This document shows positions 40,560 through 52,756 of a stretch of 64,000 bases of DNA, piece after piece. The notes under the pieces were generated by a model. The model saw only the letters and a list, made by a program, of their open reading frames with translations. It searched no databases and was not told where the DNA came from. Both the position numbers and the translations under genes were made by a program. Source of the stretch: Cetorhinus maximus (taxonomy: Eukaryota); contig NC_135880.1 of NCBI RefSeq assembly GCF_964194155.1, positions 131,874,001-131,938,000 of the forward strand. Reading direction: 5' to 3'. Position 1 is the stretch's first letter. Each line of letters begins with the position of its first letter.

Positions 40560-41647
40560 GCTCAGATGTCCTGGCCCCATTTCTGACACTTCCTATTTTT
40601 TGCTGGTAGAAGAAAGGGGACTGGGACGAGGGACTCCTTGCTGAGTTCAAACAGGCCCCGATTTCACTGTAGCTAGTCCCTAACCCATAGCGTGGCCATA
40701 ACAAATTTATGGAGTAACGTAAAGGCTCTTGAAGGGTGGATAAGGTCTGTATAACTGTCATAATGTGAAGTCATTTATGTGCCCAGTCCTTGAACTTTTT
40801 TTTTTAAAAAGGTTGTCCTGACAGAGAGTTGAGAAAACTCTGTTCTAGCAGTTTCAATAGCTGTTTATTGATATTTGCCTAAGGGCAATGCTTGGTTGAT
40901 TTCCATAAGCTACAATTATCTCAGTAGGAAGGGGTGGGGGTTCTAAGTTCACAGTTTGATTGACAGCTCAAAGAGGTTATTATAGGATTAGCTGTCTTTG
41001 ATGTGGGGTTACAAATAGAGGTCTTTTGGTTTTTATAACTGATTAAGCACTGGAGGAGAAGTAAGAGTTTTGTTTGGGCTTTCATCAATGGTAGTGTTTC
41101 TTTTAAAATTGTGAAGGCTGTATTAGGAATTTATTTCTTTATTTTGTTTCATCTCAACATGGTTTCAGAGGCCTGCCCATGGTGAATACTGGGTGAGTTC
41201 GCATGGAGGTTGCAAGGGCCAAGGGTGGTGGGTGGGTTGGTATGACTCAGCATTAAGTTGTCATGGGGGCAATAGGGGTGGGGGGGAACGACATGGATTG
41301 GCATTAGAGTGGCATGCAGGTGGCATGGGGAGTGGGTGAGGGTATGAGTGATGAGGACTAGATGGCCTAAAATGTAACAAAACCACTGGGACGAGAACCA
41401 AGTTGGGCCTTTTAACCAGCCTGCCTCAGATCTCAGCAGCCCCTGGGACCACCTCTGATCAACGTCCAGGGGCAGTGGGCCCAATTCTATCCCACACTTC
41501 CCCCACCCCCCTCCCCCCTCCCCCCCCACTCCACCCACCCCCCAGATCGAAAATCCTGCAACTCAAGGTTTTTCTTCTGAAGAATGCAGGGCAAACTGGG
41601 AAATTTCCTGACTCGAGCTACCTGCCTCGGTAGGGAAAATCTGGGCC
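40560..41647. mobile_element. Non-autonomous Harbinger-like element fragment
   Basis: Ends gggaaaatctgggcc; related to 27368-28230. Left boundary uncertain. Confidence 0.45.
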
Positions 41648-42009
41648 ACTGTCTCTGAATCGTATATTGCTCAAAATGGACAATGAACGAGGGGGAGGGG
41701 GAGTGAAATGAGAACCCTTGTAGATACAATCTAAAGAAAAAAAAATTATGAAGGGGTTAAGACAGACTATTCTTCTTTATTTCTTTGGAAAGATTTTACC
41801 TGTGGGCTACTGATAATGATGTGGAGCTGAAGGCATACAGAAAATCAAGAGGTAAAATATTTGCTTGCAGCCCTGATTGGTTGTCACTTTTTTCCCTGTT
41901 TAATAACCACAATACACAGTATGTTACACCCCAATTTGGAATGCTCAACAATTACGTCCACATTCAAACTTTGACATCTGCTTTACAAATAGCATAGAAT
42001 TAAAATTAC

Positions 42010-42177
42010 CTGTCAATAAATTGGTCGATTATGACAATATCCCCAGGCTGGATTTCTTCCTGCAGAGAGCCACAGGCAGTAGTAGCAATAATATGGGTGC
42101 AACCCTCCTGCTTCAATGCCCAGATGTTTGCTTGAAAGTTGACATGCGTTGGCATAATAGTGTGTCCCCTCCCATGT
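42010..42177 (-). CDS. MTAP: MTAP (S-methyl-5'-thioadenosine phosphorylase) internal coding exon, equivalent to human exon 4
   Basis: 168-nt exon bounded by tag| and |gtaat on the minus strand. It translates as (R)[55 protein letters not shown](R), which matches vertebrate MTAP. Phase 2/2 fits the upstream exon. Confidence 0.97.
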
Positions 42178-42519
42178 CTACATAATAAAGGAAATTGAAT
42201 TATAAAAACCCTGCCGTGGGTGATAAATGCATCACATGTTCTGCAACAAAAAAAAATTATGGATAAGGGCTGACAGTATAAAGTCCTTGTGCAACATTAA
42301 ACTTTATATCCAATTGTTAATTGAGTTCCAATTTTTTCTATAATAGAGGAAATTTTTTTATGTTCTGCTCATTTCTGCTGAAACACAGAACACAGTTCAC
42401 CTTTTCTTCTGTCGCCATTTTCGATCGGAAAACACTAACACAGCATTAACATTTTAAAAAGACGATGAATTATGCTTTAATATTCCATTTACTGTTAGCT
42501 TCTATCATGGGTACTGCAC

Positions 42520-45500
42520 AGGAGTGCTGCTTTGGGCTGTATTAGAGTGCTTAAGTTGGAGTTTGGTGAGTTAGGGAGTTTGTTGAAGAGGGAAGGAGGG
42601 GTCCTTTCATTTTCTACCCTTTCTCAGTAAGAAGAGCGGTGGCCTTGGTAAATAGGACCTGGTGAGTATTTCTTCTGTCCTTAATATTCTCTAAACCAAG
42701 GGAAGTAAGAGTAAACGGAGTAATTTAAGGGTAAGTCATGGCAGGGCAGCTCGGCCAAGTGGAGTGCACCTCCTGTGCAATGTGGGAAGTCAGGGGCACT
42801 TCCAGTGTCCAGGACGACCATGTGTGCGGGAGGTGTCTCCAACTGCAGCTACTCGAAATCCGCGTTTCAGAGCAAGAGTTGCGCCTGGAGTCACTGTGGA
42901 GTATCTGTGGGAGAGCAATAGCAATTTGGAATTCTATCATAAGGGGAACAGATAGACGCTTCTGTGGCTGCAGATGTGACACCAGGATGATATGTTGTCT
43001 GCCTGCTGCCAGGGTCAAGGATATCGCTGAGCTGCTGCAGGACATTCTGAAGGGGGATGTGAACAGCCAGAGGTCATGGTTCATACTGGTACCAATGACA
43101 TAGGTAAAAAGAGGGATGAGGTCCTGAAAGCAGACTATAGGCAGCTAAGAAATAAATTAGAAAGTAGGACCTCAAAAGGTAGTAATCTCAGGATTATTCC
43201 CAGTGCCACTTGCTGGCGAGATCAGGGATAGGAGACTGGGCCAGACAAATGCGTGGCTGATTAGATGGTGTAGGAGGGAGGGAGAGATTCTGATTCCTGA
43301 AGCTTTGGAACTGATTCTGGAGAAGATAGGACCTGTACAAGTTGGACAGGTTGCACCCCAGCAGGACTGGGACCAATATCCTCGCAGGGTTATTTGCTCA
43401 TACTGAGAGGGAGGGTTTAAACTAGATGGGAATTTGAGCGGGGAGATGCAAGCGAGGGAAACAAGGATAGGAATGAAAGACAGAAAAGTAGAAAGTAAAA
43501 GTGGAAGGCAGAGGAAACAAGGACCAGCAGGAAATGGGGTCATAGTACAAATAAAAAGATGTGCAAAATGTTAAAAAGACAACTCTAAAGGCACTATGTC
43601 TGAATGCACAGAATATTCGCAATAAGGTAGGCAAATTAACAGTGCAAATAGATGTAAACGGGTAGGATATGATCGCAAATACAGAGATATGGCTGCAGGG
43701 TGACCAGGCTGGGAACTGAATATCCAAGGGTATTTGATATTTAGGAAGGGCAGCCAAAAAAAGGAAAAGGAGGTGGCGTGGCATTGTTAGTGCAATAATG
43801 AGAGAGTATATTGGTTCAGGAAATCTAGATGTAGAGTCAGTCTGGGTAGATCTAAGGAGCAACAAGGGCAGAAAACATTAGTGAGAATTGTCTATAGGCC
43901 TCCAAACAGCAGTGATAAGGTAGGGGACAGCACTAAACAGGAAAATGGAGATGCGTGTAATAAGGGTGCTACAGTAATCATGGGTGACTTTAATCAACAT
44001 ATAGACTGGACAAACCAAATTAGCAATAATGCTGTGAGTAACTGGAGTGTGTATGAGATGGTTTTTTAGGCCAGTATGTCGACGAACCGACGAGGGAACG
44101 GGCTATCCTAGATTTGGTATTATGCAATGAGAAGGGTTTAATTAATAATTTTGTTGTGCAGGGTCCATTTGGGAACAATGACCATAACATGATAGAACTT
44201 TTCATTAGGATGGAGAGTGAAGTAGTCCAATCTGAAACTAGGATCCGAAATCTAAACAAAGAAAACTACGAAGGTATGAGGCGTGAGTTGGCTACAATAG
44301 ATTGCGGAACTTCATTAAAAGGCATGACAGTGAATAAGCAATGGTTAATATTTAAGGAATGAATGTAAACATTACAACAGTTATACATTCCTTTCTAGCA
44401 CAAAAGCAAGACAGGGAAAGCAGCCCAGCCAAGGCTAACAAAATAAATCAAGGATAGTATCACATCCAAAGAGGAGTTATATAAATTTGCTAGAAAAAGT
44501 AGCAAGTCTGAGGACTGGGAGCAGTTTAGAATTCAGCAAAGGAGGACCAAGAGATAGATTAAGAGGGGAAAGATAGAGAATGAGAGTAAGCTTGCAAAGA
44601 ACATAAAAGTAGACTGTAAAAGATTATAAAAGTATGCTAAAAGAAAAAAATTAGTGAAGACAAATATAGGTCCCTCACGGTCCAAAACGGGAGAATTTAT
44701 AATAGAGAACAAGGAAATGGCAGAGCAATTAAACAACTTCTTTAGCTCTGTCTTGACGGAGGAAAGCACAAATAAATTCCCAGAAATGCTAGGGCACCAA
44801 AGGTCTAGCGAAAAGGAGGAATTGAAGGAAATTAGCATTACTAAAAAATGCTGAAGAAATTAATGGGATTGAAAGCCGATAAATCCCCAGGGCCTGATAA
44901 TCTACATCCCAGGGTAGTAAAGGAGGTGACCATGGAAATAGTGGATGCATTGGTTGTCATCTTCCAAAATGCTGTAGATTCTGAAGAGTCCCAGCAGATT
45001 GGAAGGTGGCAAATGTAACCACACTATTTAAAAAAAGGAGGGAGAAAAAATTACAGACTAGTTACCCTGACATTTGGTAGAGAAAATAGTAGAATCTATT
45101 ATAAAGCATGTGATAACAGGACAGTTAGAAAATAGCAACAGAATTAGACAAAGTCATCATGAATTTATGAAAGGGAAATCATGTTTGACAAACCTACTGG
45201 AGTTTTTTGAGGACGTAACTCGCAGAATAGCTAAGGGAGAACCAGTGGATGTGGTGTATTTGGATTTTCAGAAGACTTTAGATAAAGTCCTACATAAAAG
45301 GTTAGTGTGTAAAATTAAAGCACATGGGATTGGGGATAATATATTGGCATGGATTGAGAATTGGTTAGCAGACAGGAAACAGAGTAGGAATAAATGGGTC
45401 TTTTTCAGAGTGGCAGGCGGTGACTAGTGGGGTACCGCAGGGATCAGTGCTTGAGCCTCAGCTATTCACAATATATATCAATGATTTGGGCGAGGGAACA

Positions 45501-46445
45501 AAATGTAATATTTCCAAGTTTGTTGACGACACGAAACCTGGTGGGGATAAGAGTGGTGAGGAGGATGTTAAGAGACTTCAAGGCGAGTTAGACAGGTTGA
45601 GTGAGTGGGCAAATACATGGCAGATGCATTATAACATGGATAAGTGTAAAGTTATCCGCTTCAGTAGGAGAAACAGAATGGCAGAGTATTATTTAAATGG
45701 TGATAGACTGGAAAATGTTGATGTTCAAAGGGACCTGGGTGTCCTTGTACACCAATCTCTGAAAGCAAACATGCAGGTGCAGCAAGCAGTTAAGAAGGCA
45801 TATGGTATGTTGGCCTTCATTGTAAGAGGACTTGAGTATAGGAGCAAGAGTGTCTTACTGCAGCTGTATAGGACCTTGGTGAGACCACACCTGGCACAGT
45901 GTGTGCAGTTTTGGTCTCCTTACCTAAGAAAGGATATACTTGCCATAGGGGGACTGCAGTGAACGTTCACCAGACTGATTCCTGGGATGGCAGGATTGTT
46001 GTATGAGGAGAGATTGGGCCCACTAGGCCTGTATTCACTGGAGTTTAGAAGAATGAGAGGGGATCTCATTGAAACGCATAAAATTCTGACAGGGCTGGAC
46101 AGAATGGATGCAGGGGTGATGTTTCCTCCGGGTGGGGGGTCTAGAACAAGAGGTCAGTGTCTCAGGATATGGGATAGACCACTTTGCACTGAGATGAAGA
46201 GAAACTTCTTCACTCAGAGGGTGGTGAACCTGTGGAATTCTCTACCACAGAAGGCTACGGAGGCCAAGTCACTTAATATATTTAAGAAAGACATAGATAG
46301 ATTTCTAGACTCTCAAGGTGCCAAGGGGTATGGGGAATGGGCAGGAGTATGGCATTGAGATAGAGGATCAGCCATGATCATATTGTGTGGCGGAGCAGGC
46401 TTGAAGGGCCGAATGACCTACCCCTGCTCCTATTTCTATGTTTCT
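42520..46445 (+). mobile_element. Near full-length decayed CR1 LINE (antisense to MTAP, intron 3)
   Basis: ORF1 VECTSCAMWEV...CGRCLQLQLL and an SGNH-esterase-like GTNDIGK remnant. ORF2 EN (VYRPPNS, MGDFN) and RT (GKSCLTNLLEFFE, YLDFQK, SGVPQGSVL, KFVDDTK). 3' tail ends ttctatgtttct. Confidence 0.95.
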
Positions 46446-46889
46446 GCGGTCTGCATATATAAGTTATTTTCAAATCAAGAAAGTGTCTTCAAAAGGGATG
46501 CAGCAATACCTGCTGTACAATTTTAAGACCTCTGCCAAGATCTTGGTGAAAAATGACATACTGGTTCTTAATTTGATCACACCAAGTGCAAAGAATGTTG
46601 GGGATACTAGAATGTTAGCCTAAATTTATATTCCGTGGGCTCCAATATGCAAAGTGTGGCACAGTGGACTCATCATAACACCCGGAAATGGGGTGTTGAA
46701 AGGAAAAAGAGCAGTTATCAGTGCATGTGGTAGTGGCACACATTTCCCTTAGATCTGTTGCGATTTTGGAGCACCAGCCTATCATTCCAATAGGATGGGA
46801 GTGAGTGGAAGGACTGGTGGGCTGGATAAAATTGAAAACTTGCAGAACCCACTCTGGTTTAACCATAGCAAAACAGCAATCAATCTGTA

Positions 46890-47230
46890 ATAAAACCAGA
46901 GAATGTGGTAAATTCGCAGCAGCTGAGGATGTATCTGTGGAGAGAAAAACAGAATCAACATTTCAGGTCGATGGCATTTCATTAGAACTGGAAAAAGTTA
47001 GAAATGTAACAGGTTTTAAACAAATACAGAGAAAGTGGCAAGGGAAAGGAGTGAATGAAAGAACATACAGCAAGGTCCGCGATAGGATGAAAGGCAGGAG
47101 AGACTAAATGACAAAACAGGTGATGTTGCAAGGCAAAAGAGACAGTAATGGGACTAGTCAAGAAACACGAGATGGGTCTAGAGGAGATATAAACGGGAAC
47201 AACTGAATCATTAACAACTGCCACCTGAAA
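46890..47230. mobile_element. Repeat fragment, possibly Penelope-like
   Basis: aaaaccagagaatg...tctgtggagagaaaaacaga...tttcaggtcga motif, also present at 48912-48978. The family assignment is from recollection only. Confidence 0.4.
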
Positions 47231-48384
47231 AAAGTGGGGACAGGCTGTCTTGGGTTGACTGCCATTTTAAAACAGAATGGCAGAGCCATAAACAGCGCTT
47301 CACAACAGGAAGTGGAATCGGCAGGATTTTCAGGGAGAGTGGGTTCCCAACAGCCCCACCCTCAAAAAGGGATGTCACAATGCCCCGATCCAAAATCCAA
47401 GTTCATCAGTCAAAAAGGGGAGAGGTCCAGTAGGAGTAGCTTCAGCCCCAAATTCCTGCTGCTTCACCTCTCATTGCGTCAGTTTCCCACCCCTGAAAAC
47501 AGCACAATTTCTAGCTTATTACTTGTTGAAATATAAAAATTATCTGGGCAGGTTATTTCTCACCAAATTTTCTTCACTAATGAAAAGGGGAAAAAAAAAG
47601 ATTGCTAGTTAACAGGTGGGGTTTTTTTGCATCACTTCTGAAGAATACATCCCTCATTTATTTATTTTTTTAAAATCACATATGAGACGGTATCTGACCT
47701 TGTTACAATACTCAGCGAAGCAGCAGCACATAAATCATAAAGACTATTTGAAATACAGGATAATTTGGTTTGTCTTGTTTCTCTAGTTTTCTCAAGTGTT
47801 TCAGAAGAATATATAAGTATGGAGTGAGAAAAGGCTATGCATACCAAATGAATCACAGAATTTATCTCATAACCTTTAAACCTAATTCAATTTATGTGAG
47901 GTAATTAAGCTAAGGAAATTTCCCAGAAGCCAAAGCATTGATTGTCCTACAGATAATATTGTCACATCCTTAACAAGGTGCCCCTTTGTGCTTTATAAAC
48001 TATTAACCCATACCAAACCAAAATGTATCCATAAAATCTTCAATCTATTCTCTAGACATAATCATCCAACGCTATATTTTTTTTAAGAAGGATTTAATTG
48101 GCTTAGAATCATAGAATGATACAGCACCGAAGGCGATCATTTGGTCCATTGCACCCATGCCAACTCTCTGAAAGAGCCCACTCCCCTGCCAATCAGAACT
48201 GTCACCTGAACCGGAATTCATTCTTGATTCCCCAGGGTATTTACTATTAGATTCATTTGATTGTGCAATGAAAACACAGTATGTTTGTTAAATGAATCAG
48301 TAGTTGATTTTCAGGAAATAATAAAGCAGACTACAGTCAATACCCAAGAACTGAATTTGGTTTTTTTTAAATAAAAAAACTTAC

Positions 48385-48443
48385 CTAGCAAGGAGAACAC
48401 AATGAACCTTTTTGATCTTCCCCAGTATCAGGGCATCTGAAGG
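48385..48443 (-). CDS. MTAP: MTAP internal coding exon, equivalent to human exon 3
   Basis: 59-nt exon, tag|CCT TCA GAT...CTT GCT AG|gtaag, giving PSDALILGKIKKVHCVLLA(R). It splices in frame to the 42010-42177 exon. Confidence 0.96.
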
Positions 48444-48804
48444 CTATTTATGAAAAAGAAGAATTGCAAGTGTTAGACAAACAAACCACTGCCCACAGTT
48501 GGACAAGTATGCTAAAATATGCTTGTCAAATGCCCTATCATTGGTCTGTGCTCAACTTTTAAAATTTGCATTCATTCACAGGATCGTTACAGTGCAGAGT
48601 TACAGTACTACGAAGTCCCACTCCCATGCCTTATCCCCATAACCTTACACAATCCAATTCCTTTTTGAAAACCTCGATTGAACCTGCCTCCACCACCCTC
48701 TCAGAAGTTCGTTACAACATTGTCCATCCACAGAATCAATGCAGCATTTGACAGAGACATGTGGAGTGGTATGTAGACCTGTGAAGTTGATGATAACAAG
48801 TTAA

Positions 48805-48829
48805 AGCGAGAGAGCGAGAGCGAGCGAGA

Positions 48830-48863
<34 letters not shown>
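48805..48863. repeat. Compound microsatellite (AG/GCGAGA)n-(AC)n
   Basis: Seen directly; about 16 AC units. Confidence 0.95.
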
Positions 48864-48866
<3 letters not shown>

Positions 48867-48978
48867 TGGTCTAAATTCAGTAATCTTATCAGTAGGAATA
48901 ATTGAAAAGGTGATGCTGGAAATCTGAAGAAGAAACAGAAAATGTTGGAAATACGCAGGTCTGTGGAGAGAAATAATA

Positions 48979-49778
48979 GGGTGGATTTTACCAGCCCTCT
49001 GGCGACCAAGTGAGAGGCAGGACGCCACACAAAACGATGGAGGAAGGCATCAGGAAGGGAGCCTGATGTCTTCCCACTGCCACAGGATATCAGCAGTGGC
49101 AGGAGGGTCTTTTTCAACTCTTTCGAGTACATTCACAGTTCTTGGTTTCCGGGAGCGGGACATGAACCCACAACCTTCTGATTCAAAGGCGAGGGTGCTA
49201 TGAACTGAGCCACAGCTGACACCGCCTCAGCAAGGTGACCGGTTAACCCAATTAAGTTGCCAATTAAGAGCCACTTCCCACTCCTGCTGGCATTTTACTG
49301 GAGTTGGGAAGGGTCACCACCATGTGGGGAAACCGCCAGGTAAACCTTGGCAGCATCTCAGCACGTTTCTGGGAGTTGAAGTCCTCCTTTATGGCCGCTC
49401 CATGGCCCAAAGAGGGGTATCCCAGTGGCAATGGCCACTGCCACAGCTCCGGTGCCACACTGTTGTAATGTGCACCTTTCTCAATTGTCCAGGTCAGCCT
49501 GTCTGTCTCTGCACGGTAAATAGAAAAATCTTACCAAGCCTTTGAAGGCTCTCAGTATGGAGGTGGCCTCTTCTTCCTGCAGCCTCGGCAGCTGCCACTT
49601 CCATCAGTGTGGTTGCCAAGTCTACCGAGCTGCTCTTGGAGGTGGGCTGCCGCCCTCAACCAGCTGGTGTCCTGGCAAAGGCCTCTCAATTGGCTGCCAC
49701 CAGTAAAATGCCACCCAAAGTCCCACCACCCTTTCTATCCCACTGCCAGGATAACCTGCCCTTTGATAAATTTCAGCC
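48979..49778. mobile_element. Harbinger-type non-autonomous element with a SINE head fragment inside (~49140-49225, minus strand)
   Basis: gggtggatttt ... aaatttcagcc ends. Internal gaacccacaaccttctga...actgagccac is the reverse of a tRNA-like SINE head. Confidence 0.6.
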
Positions 49779-50799
49779 AATGTTACAGGTCAAAGAGCTT
49801 TTGCCCAAAATTAGAACTAATTGTTTGCCCTGAAATGCCACCCCCAGATTATCCCCAGTGTAGGACCATGTTTCAATCTCTGGCTATTTTGCTGCAAATG
49901 CCCCAATCTGCTAGGGTGAGAAAAGCATCTGGAAAGCTTTACTGAGTAATCTCATCACACGGTCACCAGTTTTCCGGGCCCTCTCTCAACGGTTCTTCTT
50001 AACTAGCAAATATTAAGTTTGGACCGTTTGTCAGTTGAACACAGGACAGAAAGGGCTGCATTTTCCTGTGGGCTTTGGGACCCCAGTGTAAGGATCAAAT
50101 GGGGGTCCCAAGCCCACATTTACCAGGAACAATGATGCAATCTTCCCTGAGTTGGCCTCTTAATTGGTTGCCTTGTGCTTACCATCTTAATAAGTATAAT
50201 GGGTGGGCTCCCAATGCCGCCAGCCCTCTTTGGAGCCCTGGCAGCCCCACTGGAAGAACACAGTCGTGGAAGGTTGGAAATCTCATTGCTTTGCATATTG
50301 GATTAGCTTTAAAGCAAACAGTCTATTAATGGCTGTAAAGGCTGGCACTACTGGTTTCCCTATCATCCTCATTAACATTCTAAACATCCTGCGTATCTCT
50401 GGGAGATAATCCTTTGTTAGTTGAGCCTAACCTTATATCAATAATAATATGAATTAAACCAAAAATCTTTTACCGCTCAAGTAGGTAAAAGTCTCAAGGT
50501 GTTACATCCACATCCCTATATACTCATGTGATATTGTAATTCTTAAAAAGCAAGTTCTGCTATTGAGAGTTTCTCAGGATCTGTTGGCTTCTTACTATAA
50601 AAGAGATTTTGCTCGAGGTAATGGTCTTTTGTTGAAAAAAACATTTATCTACCTGATAACGATTTACAAAGGTTAGATAAGACCAAGACATATAGCTGGA
50701 GCTACTCTCCGAGATGCTTCACACTCATCGCCTCTCAGTGACTGACATCACTGTGAAATAGCTCCTTACGCATGTGCTCAGTCGCTATTAGAATTAACT

Positions 50800-52600
50800 T
50801 TAAGGATGTTAATAATTGGGGATTCAGCGATGGTGATGTCACTGAATGTCAAGGAGAGATGGTTGCATTCTCTCTTGTTGGATATGGCCACTGCATGGAA
50901 CTGCCTATTCAACGATCTTCCTTCCAACATAAGGTCAGTAGTGGGGATATTTATTGATTATCGTGAAGCGTCCAGTTCCATTTGCAACTCCTCGGGTATT
51001 GGAAAAGTCTGTGCCCACGCAGCAAGATCTGAACAACATTCAAGTTTGGGCTTTTTTTTTACAGAAACTTGGAATTTAATTTATCAAACATGTTGATTAC
51101 ACAGAGATGGTAAGCTGCCTGATAAACTCTATTCAAACCAAAGTAGTTACGTAAAGAGGTACCTTCATTAAAAGCGTGGTTCAGCATAAACAGCAGTATA
51201 TAACTTGTGTTCCAAATGGGTTTCACTCCCGGTGTCTCCAATGATTTGTACAAAAGAGGTGAATCATTACAGAAGCCAAGTTATGTTTGAGAGTGTCCTT
51301 CAAACCTGATGAATTATGACTAGTACGCATTTAGATCTCGTACGTGTTCCAGCTACAGGAATACAGCAGTTTCAGGTTTTGGGCAGGAGACAAGTCATAG
51401 CTCATTATGATTTAGCCCTCCCTTCGAGAGTCTAGCCAGAAGATCTTGCATGTGTTTCTTTACCTTGTACCCAAGTTCTTTTGTCTTTTCTGTTAGCATT
51501 GCATACTTTTCTTTGTTCCTAGACAAATGTTCCTTGTCCCCAATTGTCTCCACATGTTTAAGCTTTTGAGGCGACAAGTCCAGCTGTTCCTGATAATGCT
51601 GGTGCTTCTCGATCTTTGTCTCAAAGTGCTTCAGTTCCTCCTTAATGGAATCCAGTTCATCTTCTGTGAAGTTCGACCTTTTTGCCATATCCCACAGCTC
51701 AAGTACTTAAGTGACAAGTAACATTTACACCACACAAGTGTCAGGCAATGATCATCTCCAACATGAAAGAATCCAATTATCATCCCTTGACATTCAATGG
51801 CATTAACATCAATGAGGCCCCCCCCACACCCATTAACATTTTTGGGGTTACCATTGGCCAGAAACTTAACTGGATCAGCAGATAAATACAGTGACGACAA
51901 GGGCAGTTCAGCAGTTCATTATGCTGCAGTGAGTATCTCATCTCCTGACTCCCCAAAGACTTTCACCATCTAACAAGACACAAGCTGGGAATATAAAGGA
52001 AAACTCTCCACTTATCTGGATGATTGCAGCTCCAACATTATTCAAGAAATTTGACACCATGCAGGATAAAACAGCTTGCTGGACTGGCACACCATCCACC
52101 ATCTTAATTATTCACTCCCTCCACCAACAGCACATCATGGCTGCAGTGTGCACCATCTACAAGATGCACTGCAGCAACTCAGTAAGTCTTATTCAGCAGC
52201 TCCTCCAAAACCTGTAACCTCTACCGCCTATAAGAACAAGGGCAGCAGGCACGTGGGAACACCATCATTTGCAAGTTGTCCTCTAAGTCACACAACATCC
52301 TCAGATATTGGAGCAATCTGTGCATGCAGCAAGATCTGAAAAACTTCAAGTTTGGTCTTATAAGTGGCAAGTAACATTTACACCGCACAAGTGTTACACA
52401 ACACTTGGAAATATATTGCTGTTCCTTCATCGTCGCCAAGTTAAAATCCTGGAACTCTCTACCTAACAGCACTCTAGGTATACATAGACAACGGTTCAAG
52501 AAGCTGGACCGCCACCACCTTCTCAAGAGCAATTAAGGATGAGCAATAAATGGTGGTCTAGTCAGCGGTGCCCACATCCCATAAATGAATAAAGGAAAAT
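50800..52600 (+). mobile_element. Rearranged 3' fragment of the tRNA-headed LINE family; host of the LRPAP1 retrocopy
   Basis: FNDLPSNIRS and AAVCTIYKMHCSNS match the 52757-55290 copy. It has an inverted piece at ~50803-50895 and a duplicated piece at ~52310-52396. Confidence 0.8.
51052..51706 (-). pseudogene. LRPAP1: 5'-truncated processed retrocopy of LRPAP1 (RAP): domain-3 coding part, 3'UTR and poly(A)
   Basis: Open frame 51706-51395: VLELWDMAKRSNFTEDELDSIKEELKHFETKIEKHQHYQEQL...ELGYKVKKHMQDLLARLSKGGLNHNEL*, the RAP C-terminus with HNEL. No introns. ATTAAA at 51080-51075 and an A-tract at 51060-51052. It splits a LINE fragment. Confidence 0.93.
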
Positions 52601-52756
52601 GAAGGCCATTACTTTATAAACATTTGTTCTTAGATATGAGCAGTGTTCAATTCATTATCCATCCCTTTAGTGATTGCTCTTAGAAGCGATTTGTTTGGCC
52701 GCGTCAGAGAATATTGAAGAATCAAACACATGGTGTGTAAATTGAATCATGTGTAG

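Noticed and set aside
51395-51706. Genuine last exon(s) of LRPAP1, or an in-frame MTAP-LRPAP1 fusion
   Set aside because: It is intronless, polyadenylated and inserted in a LINE. The only nearby acceptor is phase 1, whereas MTAP exon 3 begins in phase 0.
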